From Dehalococcoidia bacterium (GTDB taxonomy: Bacteria; Chloroflexota; Dehalococcoidia; Lucifugimonadales; JAGWBF01), in contig OY760073.1 of the NCBI GenBank assembly GCA_963663025.1, positions 937,354-1,001,353 on the forward strand: a DNA stretch of 64,000 bases. Reading direction: 5' to 3'. A model generated the notes under the pieces. That model searched no databases. It worked only from the letters and a program-made list of their open reading frames with translations, and was not told the origin of the DNA. Positions 62,182 through 64,000 of this stretch are shown here, piece by piece; positions within the stretch are counted from its first letter, which is position 1; each line of letters opens with the position of its first letter. Position numbers and translations under genes: made by a program.

Positions 62182-64000
62182 TTGGACCGCCGGGAGTTTG
62201 CCCATCGCCTGAGGATCACCCCAGGTAAGCCGGGCGTCTATCTGCTGAAGGATGCAGCCCAGCAGGTCCTCTATGTAGGCAAGGCCAGTAACCTCAGGTC
62301 CCGCGTAAGCTCCTACTTCGGCTCTCCCCATGGCCTCAACCCCAAGATACAACGCTTGGTGGAGCGGGTTGCAGACTACGAGTTCATCGTCACCGATACC
62401 GACGCCGAAGCTATCATCCTCGAATGCACCCTGATAAAGAAGCATCGTCCTACCTATAACGCAAGGCTGAAGGACGATAAGAGCTACCCCTACCTGAAGA
62501 TCGACCTTGCCGAAGATTTCCCCCAGGTGTACATCACGCGCAGGGTGCGTGAGGACGGCGCACGCTACTTCGGGCCCTTCGCCACTGCGGGAAGCGTTCG
62601 CAAGACCTTGGACCTTCTGAAGAAGCTCTTTCCCTATCGTTCCTGCACCAAGCCCATCACCGGGTCAGACCCCAAGCCATGCCTCGAATACCACATCGAC
62701 CGTTGTGTCGGCCCCTGCATAGGGGCTGTGGACAAGGAGGGGTACCGCCGTGTCATAGAGCAGGTGATCCTGTTCATGGAGGGCAAGATCGAGGGGGTTG
62801 TGGATGAGCTCCACCTGAGGATGGTCAGCGCAGCCGAGATGCTGGAGTTCGAGCGGGCGGCGGTCCTAAGGGACCAGATTCGGAATATCCAGAAGACGGC
62901 GGAAGAGCAACGGATTAAGGTGGCGTCCAATGCTGTCCAGGATATGGATGCCATAGCAATGGCACAGGGGCAGGACGAAAGCTGGATCGAGGTGTTCTTC
63001 GTACGGCAGGGTAAGCTTACCGGACGGGACCACTTCATCATGGAAGGGACCCAGGATGATTCCCCCGGGCATGTGTTGGCCGAGTTCATCAAACAGTTCT
63101 ACCAGTCGGCCTCCTTCCTCCCAAGGCGAATAATCGTGCAGCACACCCTGGAAGATGAATCTCAGATCCAGTCTTGGCTTAGGGAAAAGAAAGGCCGCGC
63201 CGTCACCCTTGCCAGGCCGCAGCGAGGCGACCAACACCGGCTCATCCGGATGGTTGCAGAAAACGCATCTCAGGGGCTGTCGCAGAGGCGGGCCAAGTGG
63301 TTGGCCGACACCGACGCCGTACAGCAGGCGATGCTGGAGCTTCAGGAAGAACTCAACCTGCCCAATGTGCCCCGTCGTATAGAGTGCTACGACATCTCCA
63401 ATATCCAGGGCACTAACTCGGTGGCGAGCATGGTCACATTCCAGGACGGCTTCCCTAAGTCCGCCCACTATCGCACCTTCAGAATTAAGGGTGTTGAGGG
63501 AATAGACGACTACTCCAGCATGCAGGAAGTGCTGCGTCGGCGCTTCCAGAAGCTGGCGGCTGTCCAGGGAAAGGGCCAATCCCGGGAAGATGCTCAGGCA
63601 CTGGCGTCGGCGGATTCCGCGCCCAAAAAGGCGCAGGAGGCCTCTTGGAACATCGTACCCGACTTGGTGTTGATCGACGGGGGCAAAGGGCACCTCTCCG
63701 CCTCTCTGGAGGTGTTTCTGGAGCTTGGTATAGACTTCATCCCCCTCGCGTCCCTTGCCAAGGAGAACGAATGGGTCTTCGTACCGCAGACTCCCGAACC
63801 CATCGTGCTGGCGCCCAACTCCCAGGGCTTGTATCTGGTGCAGAGAGTGAGGGACGAGGCCCATCGATTTGCTATCACTTATCACCGAAAGCTCCGCAGC
63901 AAAGGCAGCGTAGCTTCGGCCGTGGACTACGTTTCGGGCATAGGACCAAAGCGAAAGCGGATGCTCCTGCGCCGGTTCGGTTCCCTCAAGGCGATCAAGG
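62182..64000 (+). CDS. uvrC: excinuclease ABC subunit C (3' end outside window)
   Basis: This gene is not in the ORF track because it has no stop in the window. I translated it by hand from TTG 62182 (GAGG 8 nt upstream) and the frame stays open to nt 64000. It has a GIY-YIG domain (PGVYLLKD...VLYVGKASNLRSRVSSYF...IVTDTDAEAIILECTLIKKHRPTYN), a UVR domain (FERAAVLRDQIRNI), then ...RVRDEAHRFAI... and a C-terminal HhH beginning GIGPKRKRMLLRRFGS. Confidence 0.92.
   Translation, partial: MDRREFAHRLRITPGKPGVYLLKDAAQQVLYVGKASNLRSRVSSYFGSPHGLNPKIQRLVERVADYEFIVTDTDAEAIILECTLIKKHRPTYNARLKDDKSYPYLKIDLAEDFPQVYITRRVREDGARYFGPFATAGSVRKTLDLLKKLFPYRSCTKPITGSDPKPCLEYHIDRCVGPCIGAVDKEGYRRVIEQVILFMEGKIEGVVDELHLRMVSAAEMLEFERAAVLRDQIRNIQKTAEEQRIKVASNAVQDMDAIAMAQGQDESWIEVFFVRQGKLTGRDHFIMEGTQDDSPGHVLAEFIKQFYQSASFLPRRIIVQHTLEDESQIQSWLREKKGRAVTLARPQRGDQHRLIRMVAENASQGLSQRRAKWLADTDAVQQAMLELQEELNLPNVPRRIECYDISNIQGTNSVASMVTFQDGFPKSAHYRTFRIKGVEGIDDYSSMQEVLRRRFQKLAAVQGKGQSREDAQALASADSAPKKAQEASWNIVPDLVLIDGGKGHLSASLEVFLELGIDFIPLASLAKENEWVFVPQTPEPIVLAPNSQGLYLVQRVRDEAHRFAITYHRKLRSKGSVASAVDYVSGIGPKRKRMLLRRFGSLKAIK

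Noticed and set aside
1-64000. CRISPR arrays, rRNA, tRNA, transposases/IS elements, and toxin-antitoxin or known defence-system genes.
   Set aside because: I scanned the intergenic regions and all translated ORFs by eye and recognised none. No regularly spaced repeats were seen.

Overview
GC-rich bacterial chromosomal segment with about 60 tightly packed, mostly housekeeping genes. I found no rRNA, tRNA, CRISPR array or clear mobile element by eye. Recognisable blocks:
- tyrA-aroA-gmk, lipA and metG.
- A roughly 10 kb minus-strand array: lipoprotein, tsaC, polyprenyl-synthase-like, pgk, apgM, tpiA, miaA, dapF, orphan, dapL, hflX.
- guaA plus purD, orphan, purE, HAD, purB, purC, DUF3105, purS.
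- A minus-strand array: rnpB, birA, SDR, SDR, hisZ-like, hisG, PLC-like, hisD, hisC, hisB.
- xerD-like recombinase, rpiB and the 5' part of uvrC.

The gene content (archaeal-type apgM, DapL lysine route, LLM/F420-type oxidoreductase, DUF1800/NHL proteins, thiolase/DUF35) resembles Chloroflexota-like genomes. That placement is inference only.

Main second-look items:
1. An AhpE/Bcp-like peroxiredoxin is interrupted by an in-frame TGA exactly at the peroxidatic-Cys position, with a hairpin just downstream. It is a probable selenoprotein that ORF callers split or miss.
2. An HMG-CoA-synthase-like domain lacking its catalytic Cys and Glu is fused to a DUF35 OB-fold/Zn-ribbon and followed by an SCP-x type thiolase.
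3. Two orphan proteins share a helix-hairpin-helix-like core motif. They are wedged by 4-nt overlaps into the dapL-dapF and purD-purE operons.
4. Degenerate paralogues may act as pseudoenzyme partners: a polyprenyl synthase without Asp-rich motifs, and an SDR without its Gly motif and catalytic Lys.
5. Two adjacent convergent genes are each broken by a 1-nt indel in a CCCCGGG(G) run.
6. hflX and rpiB have conserved N-termini that can only be reached from SD-positioned ATA and ATC codons.

All calls rest on reading the translations and sequence by eye. No database search was run.
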